NCBI GenBank assembly: GCA_024137785.1
Contig: JAHRHZ010000085.1
Location: 3,721,463 to 3,785,462, forward strand
Direction: 5' to 3'
DNA from: Ginglymostoma cirratum
Taxonomy: Eukaryota
Length of the DNA stretch: 64,000 bases
Shown: positions 40,340 to 54,661 of the stretch, piece after piece
Position numbering within the stretch: position 1 is the stretch's first letter
Layout of the letters: each line of letters starts with the position of its first letter
Notes under the pieces: generated by a model
Seen by the model: the letters and a program-made list of their open reading frames with translations, nothing else
Told to the model about the DNA's origin: nothing
The model's database searches: none
Program-made: the position numbers and the translations under genes

Positions 40340-42170
40340 AAGGTTCCTTCGACAAGGTGCCAAATGGTAGACTTGTCAGTTGAGTTGGATCACATACTAT
40401 TCAGTGAGAGCTAGCCAATTGGATACAAAATTGGCTTGACGGAAGGAGACAGAGGGCGGTGGCAGAATGCTGTTTTTTGGAACGGAGTCCTGCAACCAGC
40501 TGTCTTCTGCAGATCTGCTTGGCCCACTGTTTGTTATTTAAAGAAATGATTTGGATGAGAATATAGGAAGCATGATTAGTAAATTTGCGGATGATACCTA
40601 AGTTTGTGGCCTATTGGGCAGCGATGATCTTTATCGAAGCGGATCTGATTCAGCTGGGCCAATGCGTCCAGGAATGGTAGGCAGAGTGTAAGTTACATAA
40701 ATGTGAAGTGTTGCGTTTTGATAACACGAATCACGGCAGTACTTACAAAGTTAATTGTAGAGCCCTGGGGAGTGTTCTCGAAGAAGAGGCCTAGGGGTAA
40801 AAATACATAGTTCCATGAAAGTGGCTTCACAGTCCAAGTTAGTGAAGAAGGCTTTTCGCAGGCTTGCCTTCTTTGCTCAGATCAATGAAGATAGGAATTG
40901 AGACGTCATGTTGCGGCTCGACTGGACAGTGGTGAGGCCACTTTTGGAGTACTGTGCAGAGTTCTGATCGCTCTGCTATATGAAGAATGTTTTAAAAAAT
41001 TGGAAAAAGGTGCATAAAAGCTTCAAAAGGATTGTAACGAAACGAGACGGCTCCAGTTATGGGGAGAACCTGGACAGGCTGGGACATTTTTCTCTGGAGC
41101 ATAGGAGGTTGAAGGGTGATCTTTTGGAGGTGTATATAATCATGAGAGGCATGAGTAAGGTGAATACCAAAGGTCTTTTCCCAAGGGTAGGGGAGTTCAA
41201 AACTAGAGAGCATAGTTTGACGGCAAGTGAATGAGTGAGTGAATGAGTGGATGGACGTGTGTGTGTGAGCGGGTGGGTGTACTGGGTGCGTGGATGGATG
41301 CGTGTGTGTGATTGGGTGTTTGGGTGAGTGGGTTTTTAAATGGATGAGTTGGTGAGTGGGTGGGAGGGTGGGTGGGTGAGTTAGCGGCTGCTTGAGTATT
41401 GGGTGTTTGGCTGAGTGGGAGAGTGAGCAGGTGAGTGAGTGGGTGTGTGAATGAGTGGGTAGTTTGGTGTTTGGGTGAGTGGGTGCATGGCTAGGTGAGT
41501 GTATGAGTCAGTGAATGAGTGGGTGAGTGAGTGAGTGCGTGGATGGGTGGACGAATGGCCAGTGAATTGAGTATAGGAGTTGTGAGGTCATGTTATTGAT
41601 GTACAGGGCATTGGTTGGGACAACGTTTGGAATACTTTGTGCAGTTCTCGTCTCTCTGCTGTAGGAAGGATGTTGTAAAACTTGAAAGCATTCAGAAAAG
41701 CTTGACAAGGATGTTGCCAGGATTGGAGGGTTTGAGCTATCGGGAAAGTCTGAACAGACCGGGGCCATTTAACCTGGAGAGTCTGAGGTTGCGGAGTGAC
41801 CTTACAGAGGTTTATAAAATCATGAGGGGCGTGGATAAGGTAAATAGGCAAGGCCTTTTACCCTGGGTGGGGGAGTTTAAACCCAGAGGGCATAGGTTTA
41901 CGATGAGAGAGGATAGATTCAAAAGAGATTTTAGGGGCACTTTTTACACGCAGAAGGTGGTGCATGTATGGAATTAGCTTCCAGAAGAAGTGGTGGAGGC
42001 TGGTTATATTACAACATTTAAAAGGCATCTGGATAGGTATACCCATAGGGAGGAATTGGAGGGATATGAGCCAAATGCTGGCAAATAGGTACCGATTCAT
42101 TTGGCATATCTGAGTGGCATAGTCGAGTTGGACTGTAGGGTTTGTTAACATGATGCACATCTCTGACTCT
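40340..42170 (+). mobile_element. Two overlapping CR1 3' fragments separated by a microsatellite
   Basis: FADD at ~40585. The LEYCxxFxS...RLxxDLxEVYxIMRG segment occurs both at 40880-41225 and at 41560-41900. Confidence 0.85.
41226..41560 (+). repeat. Degenerate (GTGA/GTGG)n microsatellite
   Basis: Runs of gagt/gggt/ggat tetramers. Confidence 0.9.
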
Positions 42171-42517
42171 TTGGAACGAGGTAGAGATTTTCACACTTAC
42201 GAAGTTCAGCACATACTTATTCGCGCAGTGTTGATAAACAGAGCAGCATTCTCTTCAAGTAAAATGAGACAATTAATCTGGATAATTAGTGATTTCGTAA
42301 ATTGATCGTTCGTTTGTGTTTAATTTGGTAAACGCAGTAATTGGCCAATCCAACTACAATAGGGACACGGGTTCAATGATCAGTGACAGAAATATGAGCA
42401 GTTTCGAAGCAGAGATGTTTCTCATGAGTGACTGCATCTGTTAACCTGGAGTTGTCAATTATGCAATGTCATCTGCTTTTTTAAGGGCTTATTTTTCACT
42501 TTCTTTTTCCCCTCCAG

Positions 42518-42611
42518 ATAATCAAAACCGTACTTTGTCCTATGCCTTAGCGCTTGGTTGTGCAGCACGTGCTAATTCTTGTCAAGCAGTGCAAATTAGA
42601 CAGAACTACTG
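42518..42611 (+). pseudogene. Gene C: uncharged TM exon with frameshifting deletion
   Basis: Polypyrimidine + CAG acceptor, GTGAGA donor. DNQNRTLSYALALGCAA^VLILVKQCKLDRTT; 94 nt, not a multiple of 3. Confidence 0.72.
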
Positions 42612-42886
42612 GTGAGACACGATTCTAAACTGGGTTTTCATCACGCGTTACAGTTCACTGGTGCAGCAGGATGGGGTTTGGGAGGGGTAAAGTGAAATTG
42701 CGCAGGCACGAATGAAATTTTCGGGACCCGTCTGTATAACATATATCCTATCTCATACCCATGTAGAGCACAATTTTAATGCACGGCGAGTCTGCTCACT
42801 TTGCTTCAATGGTGGGTAATTCCTCATGGACATGTAGTACATGGTGAAAATGATCATGGGTGTAATGTCGTTTCGTTCTCTGACAG

Positions 42887-42930
42887 GCAGCGCGGTTGCT
42901 GAGGGCATGAATAGCCAATTTGAGGAACAG
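42887..42930 (+). pseudogene. Gene C: short cytoplasmic exon
   Basis: tctgacag|GSAVAEGMNSQFEEQ|gtcagt; phase 1 to 0, matching both neighbouring exons. Confidence 0.72.
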
Positions 42931-43657
42931 GTCAGTTTATATTTGTCATAATGAGAACTAAACTGGGATTGGAGTAGACGCATACGCGTAACTTATATCC
43001 ATATTCCAGTAGCCACTGACGTGCTCCTTCGACAGCAAAACACGGCAAGCATGTGAGTTCATTATGTCCCCAGTGCACTCTTCTAATATGAATTCGTCAC
43101 AATGATCCATTGGGACAATGATATCCGAACACAGACAGGCCCCCAGCTCCCTGAGACGCAGTTTTGGATGTTTACGTTTTTTCAGTGTCAGTTGGCCTGC
43201 TCTTCAGCCACTATTAGAGGCGCAGCTCGATTTTTGATTACCCGATATTCCCATCCACATATTTCTGAGTGTTGACTGAGTCTGCCCTGAGGGAGACTCA
43301 GGCCTGCTGCTGGCTTTAGACTCCAAGCAAAAACAGGGATAATCTGAAACAAGCAAAGTCAGAAAGTAAAGCAGCTATTCAGCAATGCAAGTGCCAGGTC
43401 GAGTGCATTCGGCTGGAATAATTTCTGTGTACTTGCGTTGTGAATGAGTAGTCCAATGAACGGGTGGGAATCAGTGCTGCTGTCCTTGATACCGGGTATC
43501 ACTTCGCCGTTATTTACAGCTCTAATCTGCACAAACTGATCAAACCCAATCTGTTCAGAGATAGTAGGAACTGCCGATGCTGGAGAATCTGTTCTGTTAT
43601 TCAACATTTTTTTTCCAACTTGGCACATAGTTAGTATTTCTGCGAAACTTTCCACAG

Positions 43658-43780
43658 ATCAAACAGGACAGAGAGACAGCGAGTCCGATTTACGCTGCTC
43701 TCAACTTCAGCGGCGACAGGAAAGCGAGGAAACCGCTAATGGAGGAACAGAGCGTTGTCAATGCATACGTACTGTTGTGA
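43658..43780 (+). pseudogene. Gene C: terminal cytoplasmic exon
   Basis: ttccacag|IKQDRETASPIYAALNFSGDRKARKPLMEEQSVVNAYVLL*; homologous to 17058-17176. Confidence 0.75.
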
Positions 43781-44292
43781 AAATGAACTGTCTGTTCCAA
43801 CCGAGCCCTCTCTGACGCAGATCTGATCACAGCAATGTACACCGACAACCTGAATGATTTTACTAAACTGAGTAACAAGACCGACTCATATTTCATTGTT
43901 TTTTACGCAGACTAGGCACCGGACAGATGGTGAACTCACTTATGCGTCTTTGAATCTCACCATTCCTGAGAAAACCGGAAAAAGAAAACAGAGGAACGAG
44001 CAGGCGGAGTACGCGGAGGTCAAGATAAACAAGGACAGCGGAAACTCTCGGATTCCATGAACTCCAACAATGTTCAGTGATACTACAGTTACATCGGGGT
44101 TGCATTTTTTTTTTGGTTTATTTACGTACCACAATAAACCGTATATGTGGGTTGATTGTGAACTATATCGTAACAGAGAGTAGACTCGAGCTGCTGAACC
44201 TTTGCTTATCTTTCGATTCTCTCTATTCCTGTGAAGCAATTGAATAAATGCATTATTGTCATTGTTGTTAAATGTGAGTAAAAAAACTTTTG

Positions 44293-45111
44293 AATCATAG
44301 AAGCTTTACAGCATGGAAGGAGGCCATTTGGCTCATCGAGTCCACACTGGCCCTCCTTCGTGCATCACTCCCAGACCCATCCTATCCCTGTAACCCTGCA
44401 TTTCTCATGGCCAATCCACCTAAACTGCACATATTTGAACCGGGAGGAAACTGGAGCACCCGGTGGAAATCAATGGAGACACGGATAGGAAAAGTAAGAT
44501 GGTGGTAGAGGAAGACCCTCCAGTCGGAGCTCCTCTGCTCGCCAGTTCCTTTTCCTTATTTTTCACCACCAACCGCAGCACCCACCCCCACCCCCTCCTC
44601 CCCACAATACCTGCAGGATACATAAAAGTTGAAGGGAGACGAGATGCGGCCACAGCCCGGGTGGGAGCAGAGCGCGTGTCCTGTCCCGGAACAGGAGCAG
44701 ACCTAGTCATGGATGGTGGCCAGACAGTGGAAGCACAGTGGCCTCGTGTTCTGAAGCCAGAAGGGCAATGCCTCCTGTTAGAAAGCAAAATCACATGAGT
44801 ACTTTATAGACACTTTCTATTCTCATTCTGGACTTTTAAACTGTGCATTCCCGTGCTATTTTTAAAATCTATTTCAATTTTGTGACAACACTTAAACAAT
44901 CTGTGCCTAGTCACCCTAAACCTAAGATGGCACTGAGAGTCGGCATTACAAACTTTTCACTGCACTCATTCAAATGTACATGACAATAAAGGATATTCCA
45001 TTTTATTCTAATGTGCAAATTCCACGCAGACAGTAGCCTGAGAGTGGAATCAAACCCGGGTTCCTGGCGCTGTGAGGCAGCAGTGCTAAGCACCGAGGAA
45101 CCGTGCTCCCC
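44293..45111 (-). mobile_element. HE1-like SINE split by a ~520-bp plus-strand insert (~44491-45010)
   Basis: SINE head at 45010-45111 and body/tail at 44293-44490 join seamlessly once the insert is removed. Confidence 0.72.
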
Positions 45112-46444
45112 CGTGTTTAATCAAATGGTAGTCTATCAGACTACTTACTTGGATCACTTACATCACCTAGTGTAAGTTAGGTGGGTAACTTAATGTCCAC
45201 AGCAGGAACTCAAAAGGTCTAGGCCGCACGTTATATTCGAGACGAATTTCCTCCATCTTACCCTACTTCACAAAGTCCAATGCAATAGCCTTCCACTAAT
45301 TTCTACCTCCTGAAATTGTCCAGTTTGCTGTTAATTCCATTATCAAGTCCATCCATTCCTTGCGATGGTGAAGAACACATTCTAAGTATTCCCCGGGCGT
45401 TGTCCTTCCTCCGAACATATTTTCTTTTCTTTAAATTAGAGAATCTTTTGTTTCTAACTTCTAATTCCTAACAACTCATAAGTGCAAAAACCTCCTTCAT
45501 ACCCATTCTGTTAATATATTGTACAGACGTAAAGCATCTATTATAAAGAATAATAGGAGGGCGCCATTCATCCTGATCTTTGACGTTAATTACCTCATCC
45601 TCCGTATAACCCGTGGACCCCTTAAAGCCCAAGCATGTATGCATATCTGTCTTGAATAGACAAAACAACATCACACTCATGGGGCACTTTTCAAAATAAC
45701 CAGATGTGTCAGACGATTTTCAAACAAAGATACTTGGCAGGTTGGTCTATGTTGTATTACAGGAGTAAATTCCATGCTGAACTACACACATTCCACTCAG
45801 GTCGAGGAGTCCAAAGATCTGCAACACTTTAGAGAAGAAACTTCGCCTCATCTCGATCCTGAGTGAACAGTCCCATTTTGAGATGAAGTGCTATCCTCCT
45901 TAGCCAAAGGCAACAACTTCCAAAATCAGCTCCACTACGATCATGAAGTGATTCTTTTTACATCTTCCAATGAGTTGGATTCTGGTAAAATTGATTTCAT
46001 AGAGTTGTGGACTAAATCCTGCTCCATGCAATAATACTCTACAGCCACAATTGAATCTAAGGAGCATTTGTTTTATAATCTTCAGAACAAGGAAATCCTT
46101 TAGTAAAGCAATCAAAATTGTACCTAATTCATTGAGTGTTATCTTACTGTATAAAATCTCTTGAGGTGTGATTTCTTGTCTAATCAAAGCTGACATGATC
46201 GGATGTCTTGATAACTTACTGTACGGGAATAATCATATGTTGTGGTTCCTCCTTAAGCTTCACAAATGATCATGAAGCAAATTTTCCCAGATCTTCAGCC
46301 TTAACTAAATTTCCGTGATCTTTAAACACGTCAAAAGATATAACTTCATACTTCACTAACTGTGCTCCGTTTATTCCGAGTTTCCCTAATCACTCGACCT
46401 GTATCTTGTTTGAAAACATTGATTTATTACCAGTGGTCACGTAG

Positions 46445-47230
46445 AGCCATAGAGTCATGGAGCCGTGCAGCATGGAAACAGACCCTTCTTCCAACTGGTC
46501 CATGTCGACTAGATATCCTAAATTAATCTAGTCCTATTTGCCAGCAATTGAGCCATTTCCCTCTAAATTGTTCCTCTTTTTATATCCATCCAGATGCCTT
46601 TTAAACATTGTTATTGTACCAGCCTCCACCATTTCCTCTGGCAGCACATTCCACACATGAACCACACTCAACGTGCTCCTTAGGCCCCTTTTAAATCCTT
46701 CCTCTCTCAGCTTAAACCTATGCCCTCCAGTTTTGGGCTCCCCCACCCTGGGGAAAAGACCTTGGCTATTCACCCTATCCATGTCCCTCATGATTTTATA
46801 AACCTCTATAAGGTCACCTCTCAACCTCCGACACTCCAAGGAAAATAGCCACAGCCTATTCACCCTCTCCTGATAGCTGGAAAGTCCAACTCTGGCAAGA
46901 TCCATGTAAACCTTTTCTGAACCCTTTCAAGTTTCACAACACCCTTCTTATAGCAGGATGACCAGAAATGAACGCAGTATTGCAAAAAGTGGCCTAACCA
47001 ATGTCCACATGACCTCCCAACCCATATACTCAATGCACTGACCAATAAAGGTCCGCATATCAACCGCATTCTTCGTACCCTGTCTACCAGCAACTCCACT
47101 TTGAAAGAACTGTGAACCTGTTCTCCAAGGTCAGTTTGTTCAGCAAAACGCCCCAGGACTTTACCATTAAGTGTCCAAGTTCTGCCATGATTTGCTTTCA
47201 AAAATGCAGGACCTCACATTTTTCTAATCT
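46445..47230 (-). mobile_element. CR1 LINE 3' fragment
   Basis: YCVHFWSSCYKKGVVKLERVQKRFT; RRLRGDLIEVYKIMRDMDRV. Confidence 0.88.
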
Positions 47231-47922
47231 ACGGGTTGTAAATTGCTGTTTCATGGCACAAATCCCTGTCACGGTGGACTGATAAAAGCCAGACCCTCCC
47301 AATCTATAAAATTAAAATGAATCTTCTTTCCAATTTCTATCTGATAACCAACATTCAATCCTTGGTAATATTTTACGTCAAATCTCATAAGTCAAATTAT
47401 TTCTAAGAACCTTTCCCGCCAATCCTTACCGAATTCTTTTTTTGTTTATAAATGTTACCTCCCATCTATCCCTTGTATTGTCAAGAAACGTCGAGGGATT
47501 GCCAACTTTAATTTTTGACTTAACAATCGCCTTTGACTCTGCTTAATCGCATTATGTTTTTCCAAACGCCCAGTTAAAATAACCTCAGAATGCTCAGATG
47601 GTGGAAACCTAAAATAAAATCGGAAACTGCTGAAGAAATGCAAAGAGTCTAGTCGTCTCTCTAATGAAGTCGGATGCTGAGTGGCAAAATTGGATGAAGG
47701 AGAGTAGACTGATGAGGCAGTACTTGGAATAAGTGGTTTTATCATACCTCTTGCGCACATGGGCATACTCAGACTCTTTTCTGCATTTTTGCACTGATGC
47801 TTGTGTTGTGCCAGGGGTGTGGTAAGATCTGAAGCACAGATATCAGGGCGCGGAGTTTTTGTAGCCTTCAGTCTCTCCAAATGATTCTTGAATACACGTG
47901 AAGTGAATTGGACTGACTAAAG

Positions 47923-48055
47923 CATTTCTGATGAAGGGTCGAGGCCCGAAACGTCAAGCTTTCCTGCTCCTATGATGCTGCTTGGCCTGCTGTGTTCATC
48001 CAGCTCCACACCTTGTTATCTCGGATTCTCCATCATCTGCAGTACCTGTTATCTC
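47923..48055 (+). mobile_element. Solo PLE pseudo-LTR with intact hammerhead motif (47928-47955)
   Basis: CTGATGAAGGGTCGAGGCCCGAAACGTC; imperfect flanking repeat TGGACTGACTAAAG / TGGATTGACTGAAG. Confidence 0.78.
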
Positions 48056-51000
48056 TGGATTGACTGAAGACTGGTTTTTGTCATTCTGACGATCATTGGA
48101 GGAGATCAAAATAAAGCATACACTCAGCTCTTCTGGCTGAAGCTTGTTGCAAATATCTAAGCTTTTTCTTTCACATCGATTATGGTTTTGTTGACATGGC
48201 TGCAGAATATACTATGGCTGAGGAACTTCAGTATCCGTCAATAAAAATGATAGCAGCACAACTACTCTCCAGGCAGGTCGAATAATACAGGTATTGGGTG
48301 ATTGACTAGGTTTGTCGCAAGTGTTCAAAGGAATGATGAAGAGGCAAAACTTGATCTCAGACACAGCAATCTGCACATGAAAGATACAACTGTCCATTAT
48401 AATTTCGGTAGGAGTGACCATTGTACTGTTGTTGAGAATATGAAGTCATGTCTTCACAGTGAGCATCTACACCATAGTGTTGTGTGTCATTGCTATGGTG
48501 TTAAATGGTGTAGATTTGTAATAGGTCTAACAAATCAAGGCTTACTATCTACGAGGTGCTATGCGTCATCAACAGCAACATAATTGTACTCAAAGCAATC
48601 TGCAGGTCGTCGCCCAGAGCATTGACCACAATCATTTACCATCAAGCCAAGGGAAAAACAGATCAGGACAAAATGCTGGGAACAGTGCCGAGGATACCTA
48701 AAAATGTGATAACAATATGACAAAGCTACACAACAGGGCTACCTGCCTGTCAGACAGCATAAACCAATTAGTGGAGAGGACTAAGATTTTCCAAAACAAG
48801 TGCATCAAATCTAACACCTGCAATTCTATCACATTCAGTCTTGAAAAATGGTTGCAATTAAATAAATCAATAGAGTGGGGAGGTCCACAAATACCACCAT
48901 CCTCAATGAATTGGAAGCCCAGCAGATCAGTTCAAACATAAATACCTGGATATTTACAACAATCTTCTGCCATAAGAGCTCAAAGAATGATTCGATTTGG
49001 TCTCCTCCAGTGGTCCCTCGATTCAGCCAATCCAATTTACTTCACATGATATCAAGAAAAGTTTGGAGGGGCTAGATGCTGCAAAGATGACGGGCCCTGA
49101 CAACGTTCAGGAAATACCATTGATGACTTATTCACCAGGAAATGCCGCATCCCATCAAGACAGTCCTTCAAACATAGACAGTAGATTTGAACTCTAGAGA
49201 TGAGGGGAGAGAGGTTGCTCTTGAAAATGAGGCAGCACTTGACCCAATGTAAGGAGATTGGCAAACTTTGTGTCAACAGGAATTGGGGGAATTCGCCGCT
49301 CATTAGAGTCTTTTGTAGCACAACGAAAGAATTTAGAGCTCACTGGAAGCCAGGCATTTCTGCCTTCCTGGATCCTGATGTCAGGAACGTGGATATTTGT
49401 TGATCGTTGGACAATGTTCAGCGCCACTGATGACTTCTCGGACACTGAAGCAGTCCATGTCTAAATACAACAAGGTATGGACGTTCTCCAGTTGTGGACT
49501 GACAATTGGCAAGTAACAGGCACACCACTCACTTGACCGAAAATGACCACTTCCAATAAGACAGAATTTATCAATCATTCTTTCAAATTTAATCAATTAC
49601 CATCGCTGAATTCCCCACTAAAGCGTACTGAGTATCATCGTTGACATCAACCTGAAATGGCTAAAACAGCAAAGAATCTCCTTAAAACAAAACGTAGAAG
49701 CAGAGTTAGTTTTAGAGGGTAGCTTGTCACAATGTGCGACCGAAATTTGCTCCATCACCTTCCAGTCCTGGCATGGTGCCAGCATCACTGCACATGGCAG
49801 AGAAGGTTGCATCTCTCCCCGTTCCTGACCTGATCCTCTTCAGTCTGTCATCATCCAGAAATGCACCTTAGCACACTGTATGACCAATAACAAGATTGTG
49901 ACAGCAAAGACATTGGTAATATGGATCTGACACAATTGTTCATTACATTCCTGAAGTGATGCTTTTAGCCTATTTAATTTTGTAATAGCTTCCCAGCATA
50001 TCGCTAACCCCATTTCAGTGTTGTAACGGTCCACTCATCCATACGGGAATCCGTCTCTATGATTAGCGGAAAAAGGTTAGCCCCATCATCCTGTACGTGT
50101 TACATTGATCCACAAAGTAAAGATTCTTGATGTCGACCTGATCACCTTGGATTCCAGGCATGGGTCACCCAGGACCGTACATTCCTGAGATGGCAACATC
50201 AATCCGCCCTGATCCATCACCCAAGATTCCTTGCAGGAATCACAATCATTCCTTTTCATTCTTTAATCATACAGTTCGTGAAGGAATGAATAAATAAATG
50301 TCTGAGTGAACTTGAATTACAGTCTATAATTGGAAGTGTTTTCTGGGACTAGTAATTATGCCTGCGGCATTCGTTCTGGTAAGAAGTTGGTTCAATTTAC
50401 ATCACGACTAAAAGTGACACTGAAGTCAAATACGTATTTGAAATAGAAAGGCTGATGATATTCAAATGACTGTTGATTGTCGGAAATAAAATAAAAATTC
50501 TTGTTCACTGATGTCCTCTGAGAAAGCAATTCTGACATTCGGCTTTCTCCTGATGTGTCTTCAATTCCAAAATCCAATCTGCGTTTGTCATTGGTTTATC
50601 CCCCACCTTTACCTCACCACCACTACCCCATACAGCCTTTTCAAACTCATTTTGTCGATCTGTTTTCCGCTCTGTGAAACCTGATAACCATAAGTCACTC
50701 ATTACTCAATTTCCATTCCTGCGGCCATTTTGGGTTACATTGTGTCCTCCTCACTGCCCTCTGCACCCAAACACAGCTCCGTCCCATAACTTTCAAAACT
50801 TCTTCCAAACTTCTCAATGACTCTTCTGTATATAGAAATAACTCCGAGCACGAATAGCTTGTCAATGATTATTAAATTCTTCTTGAATTTCCAAATCTGT
50901 GAAAGCTTTAGCCGCAATCCTGCGCTGAAATCTTATTAATCAAGTTTCCGCCTCTCCCATAGGACTAAAATTACGAAAGAAATTCACACGTTATGGTGAC

Positions 51001-51685
51001 CAGCGAATCCCTTCCATTCAAGCACCCATCAGCCCCTTGGGACTTTCTCAGAGAAGAACACCACAGCTTTTTTCCCCACCTATCCTCCCGTGCGCAGCTG
51101 AAATCGATAGGCCCTACCCATTTTCCTCCACCTTATTAGTCGTTGTATCAAATTCTCCTGAACTGGTTTCTTTTACTGCACACTCAGAGCTCTACAGATC
51201 CATGAACTCACCCAACCGTTGGCCATTGACCACTCATTTCTCCCCATTTTACCTCAACAAAGTCATTCAATGACATGGCATCGAATTCCAGTGTACCAAC
51301 AAAACACTCATTTCTACCTCATCACCAGCTCTGTCAAAGTCCACACTGCTATTGATCCAGATCCCCTTCGCGCTCCCAACTCCCGCACAACTGCCACAGG
51401 TCGGACAACACCGAAATCCATCAGCACCGTCAGAACCACAAACCTATCAGGTCACGAAAAAAAAGTCTCATCATATCTTGGTCACCACCAGACCTGACGC
51501 AATGTAATTTTGCAACACCGAGGCCCATCGATCCGCCTTAAACAGGACCAATTCATTGAAGATGCCTCGGACACCAAGTGGTGTGTCTCAACGTAGCAGG
51601 AGGTCTCAGATAGTCATTAGATTTTACCATCAAATTTAAGTGGATCTCGGTATCTCCTTGTCCGAGAATATCGTCCCAGCGCAGA

Positions 51686-51740
51686 ATGCCTGTGCTCCAT
51701 GCGCTGTGGTACCTCTCTTCCCTGGGATGTATTTGTGCAG
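51686..51740 (+). pseudogene. Gene D: intact leader exon
   Basis: MPVLHALWYLSSLGCICA g|gtcagt; phase 1; 195-nt intron to the V exon. Confidence 0.8.
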
Positions 51741-51935
51741 GTCAGTAAATACATACACCCATCTGTCGAACAGGAAAATGAATGGAAATACCGCGAATTT
51801 CATGAACGCCGCTTCCTGATCATTATTAGTTGTTATTGATTTTCTTTCATTAATTTTCTAACTCATCATTTTGCCCATTTTTATTTGACTGATCATGAAG
51901 AGCTTTCAACCAATGATTGTGCATGTTTCTGACAG

Positions 51936-52256
51936 ATACTGAGAAAACCTCGTTGCCTGTGACTCGAGTCCCTGCATGTCTGACTGCGCAGCAAGGTAAA
52001 AATGTGTCCATGTATTTTTCCATCCCACTTTTCAATCGTGATATATCCGTGAATGTTTCCTGGCGGAGAGACGGGCAGAACAATGCTTTGAATCCCACAG
52101 AAGACAAAAGGAAAATAATCTTGCCGTTGAAACTTGCATCTATTGAGTTCCATCTGCCGAAAGTGAACCTCCGGGACTCCGGAATCTATTACTGTCGCAC
52201 CAGCGTCTCAGGCTGGAAGACTTCAAATGTGAATGGGACTAAGCTTATTGCATACG
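51936..52256 (+). pseudogene. Gene D: open VJ-type V exon lacking the B-strand Cys
   Basis: 321 nt, AG/GT bounded. NVSMYFSIP (TTT 52016-52018)...WRRDG...DSGIYYC...SNVNGTKLIAY. Confidence 0.9.
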
Positions 52257-54661
52257 GTGAGTGTCGGGGGAATGGGGAAGATTAAGTAAGGCAGGTGTAC
52301 ATCCGAAAACGGACAAGAAGAGCAGCAAGGAGTCTTCTCACAGGTGGGAGCCTTGAAATGCATTTCTTCTGCTCTAAGTTCACGGAAAACTAATCTCAAC
52401 ATATGTACCCCAGATTTTCCGTCTGTGCTCGATCAATGCTTGTTAGGCTGTATGACCTGTTTAAACCTGTTTTACATCGAGTAGTTATGATCGGGCAACA
52501 TATCTCCGATAATGCTTCATTTGATTTAGACAGCTGTCGCGAATTGAAGTGCATTACATTTGCCGTGGAAAGTCATCCTTCAATCATCCAACCACCAAAA
52601 ATCTACTCCCAACTCCATGTTGGCAGACAATCCAGAGACGAATCGTTATTTTAAAGGTGTGTTTCCATCTACGGTTCTCAAAAACGGTGATCAAATCCAT
52701 GCAAGCAATTAGAAATGGAAACGGCTTCAGGAGGTGAAAAGCAGACCCTAAAGCGAGAGCAAATAATTAATTCGCCAAAAAGTGCAACGTGTTTCAGGAA
52801 AACATTCCAAAGCACGCTGCCTAAGCGTGAATTATTTAATGTTGTTTCAGAACTGTTGGGTTTCCATCATTTGATTCCTGGGAATTTTTAGGTGCTGACT
52901 CAACATTCAACTGATGAACAATGGGTGTTATTTATACTGCTTCTAGTTTAAACTTATAACGAAAAGTGCATTTACACTGCTTTTAGATATTTTTCAAGGA
53001 TGTAAGTATTTACTGTATCTCGATTAAATTTACAGCGAAGCATTTGTTTCCGCTCCTCCCCAATTTTACTGACAACTTTCGATAATTATGTACACCTCTC
53101 ATCGATGCAGTCTCGCTTCGAGCTCTGATTCCAAAAAGTGAGCGAAGTTTTCTGAGCATTTTACTCCTTTAATTTAGTGCAGCCAATCTTCGCGCTAGAA
53201 GTAGCCTGAGGGAAGTATTTTTGAACACTGCAGTTTTTAATGGATAATAGATAAATCCTGGAGGCACATGTTCAAGGAATTCAGCCAATGGCATTGCTCC
53301 TGGAGCTTTGTCTGATGATCATCGTTGGGAACATTTATAGATGAAGACTGTTTGCAACTGTAGCCAGGTATTATCAGGAAAAATAAAATCTGTTACTTGT
53401 CCTCTTATTTCTCATAAAAATAAACTAACATCCTAGCGGTTGCCCAGGCACTGAACTGGACCAACCAGATACATGCAGTGCCTACAAGTGCAGGTCAGAA
53501 ACTAAGACCACTCCAGTGAGTGTCTCAACTCCTTAGTCCCCAGAATCTATCCAGCATTTACAAGTGATAAATGGAGAGTGCCATGGGATTAATAATCGAC
53601 TGCAGAAGCTGGCGATCTGAAACAAAAAGAGAAATAGCTGGAGAAACTCAGCAGGTGCGGCGCATTCAGTGGAACAAAACAGAGTTAATGTTTCAAGTAC
53701 TGTGACTCTTCATCAACACGGATGATGATGAGGACTCTCTGGACTCGAAACATTAACTCTGCTTTCTTCTCACAGATGCTGCCAAACCTGCTGAGTTTGT
53801 CCATCCGTTTCTAGGTATTCTTTTTCCTTTCTTGTATTTAGGGTCCTGATTCTATTCGGTAAACTTAACCGATGTGAATAGAGATTGGATTGATCTCAAA
53901 TGCAAAATTATCTTCGAACACAGCGTTAAAAGTCATTTCTTAAATTTCAAGCTCAATCATAGAAACAGGAAAGAAACTCGAAAGGAAATGAAAGAGGAAT
54001 TGGATTAATCTTGCTTCCACGATACTGTGAAACTGATGACAGTAACTGGATAATCCTTTCATCATCTTTCTCGAATGATCATTCATTCCAAACAACATAG
54101 GAAAAAGAGAACAGTTTTGGATTTGAGATTGAGGCTTTTGATGGAGCGATGTTATAATTCAATGCCCCATTGACTGTGGATTGAGGCGGTCTGGTGCACC
54201 CAATGAATAATTAATAGACTGTGCATTAAGTGTGCTTGATTCAACCAGTGATTGAGAATATCTGATGGGATCAGCAATTGTTCAGTCGGGACTCTGGTTG
54301 AGTGTGTCTCATGGGACCAGAGTTAATCCCATGCAGACTCTGAGTTGGTTGCGTCGGATATGTGCCTCTTACAACGTAATTTTAGCTGCCTCTATTGACG
54401 TGGTTTTGTCCCCTCAATTTATCCATTTATCTCCAACCTTTACCCAAACACAAAGGAAGGGGCAGTTTAACAGGCATAGATGATTCTAAGTTTCAATATT
54501 GGAACTTTATTTGTTAACATTAATAGGGTTAACACTAATTTTATAAGAGGATTCCCTCCAAAATACAAAAAGTGCCTATTCCTTTAGAATGGTTCTTCAA
54601 TCCTCTCTCCATCCCACACCCTAGTTCCGTTATTGACTCATTGAATGTTACTGTGTTTCAG

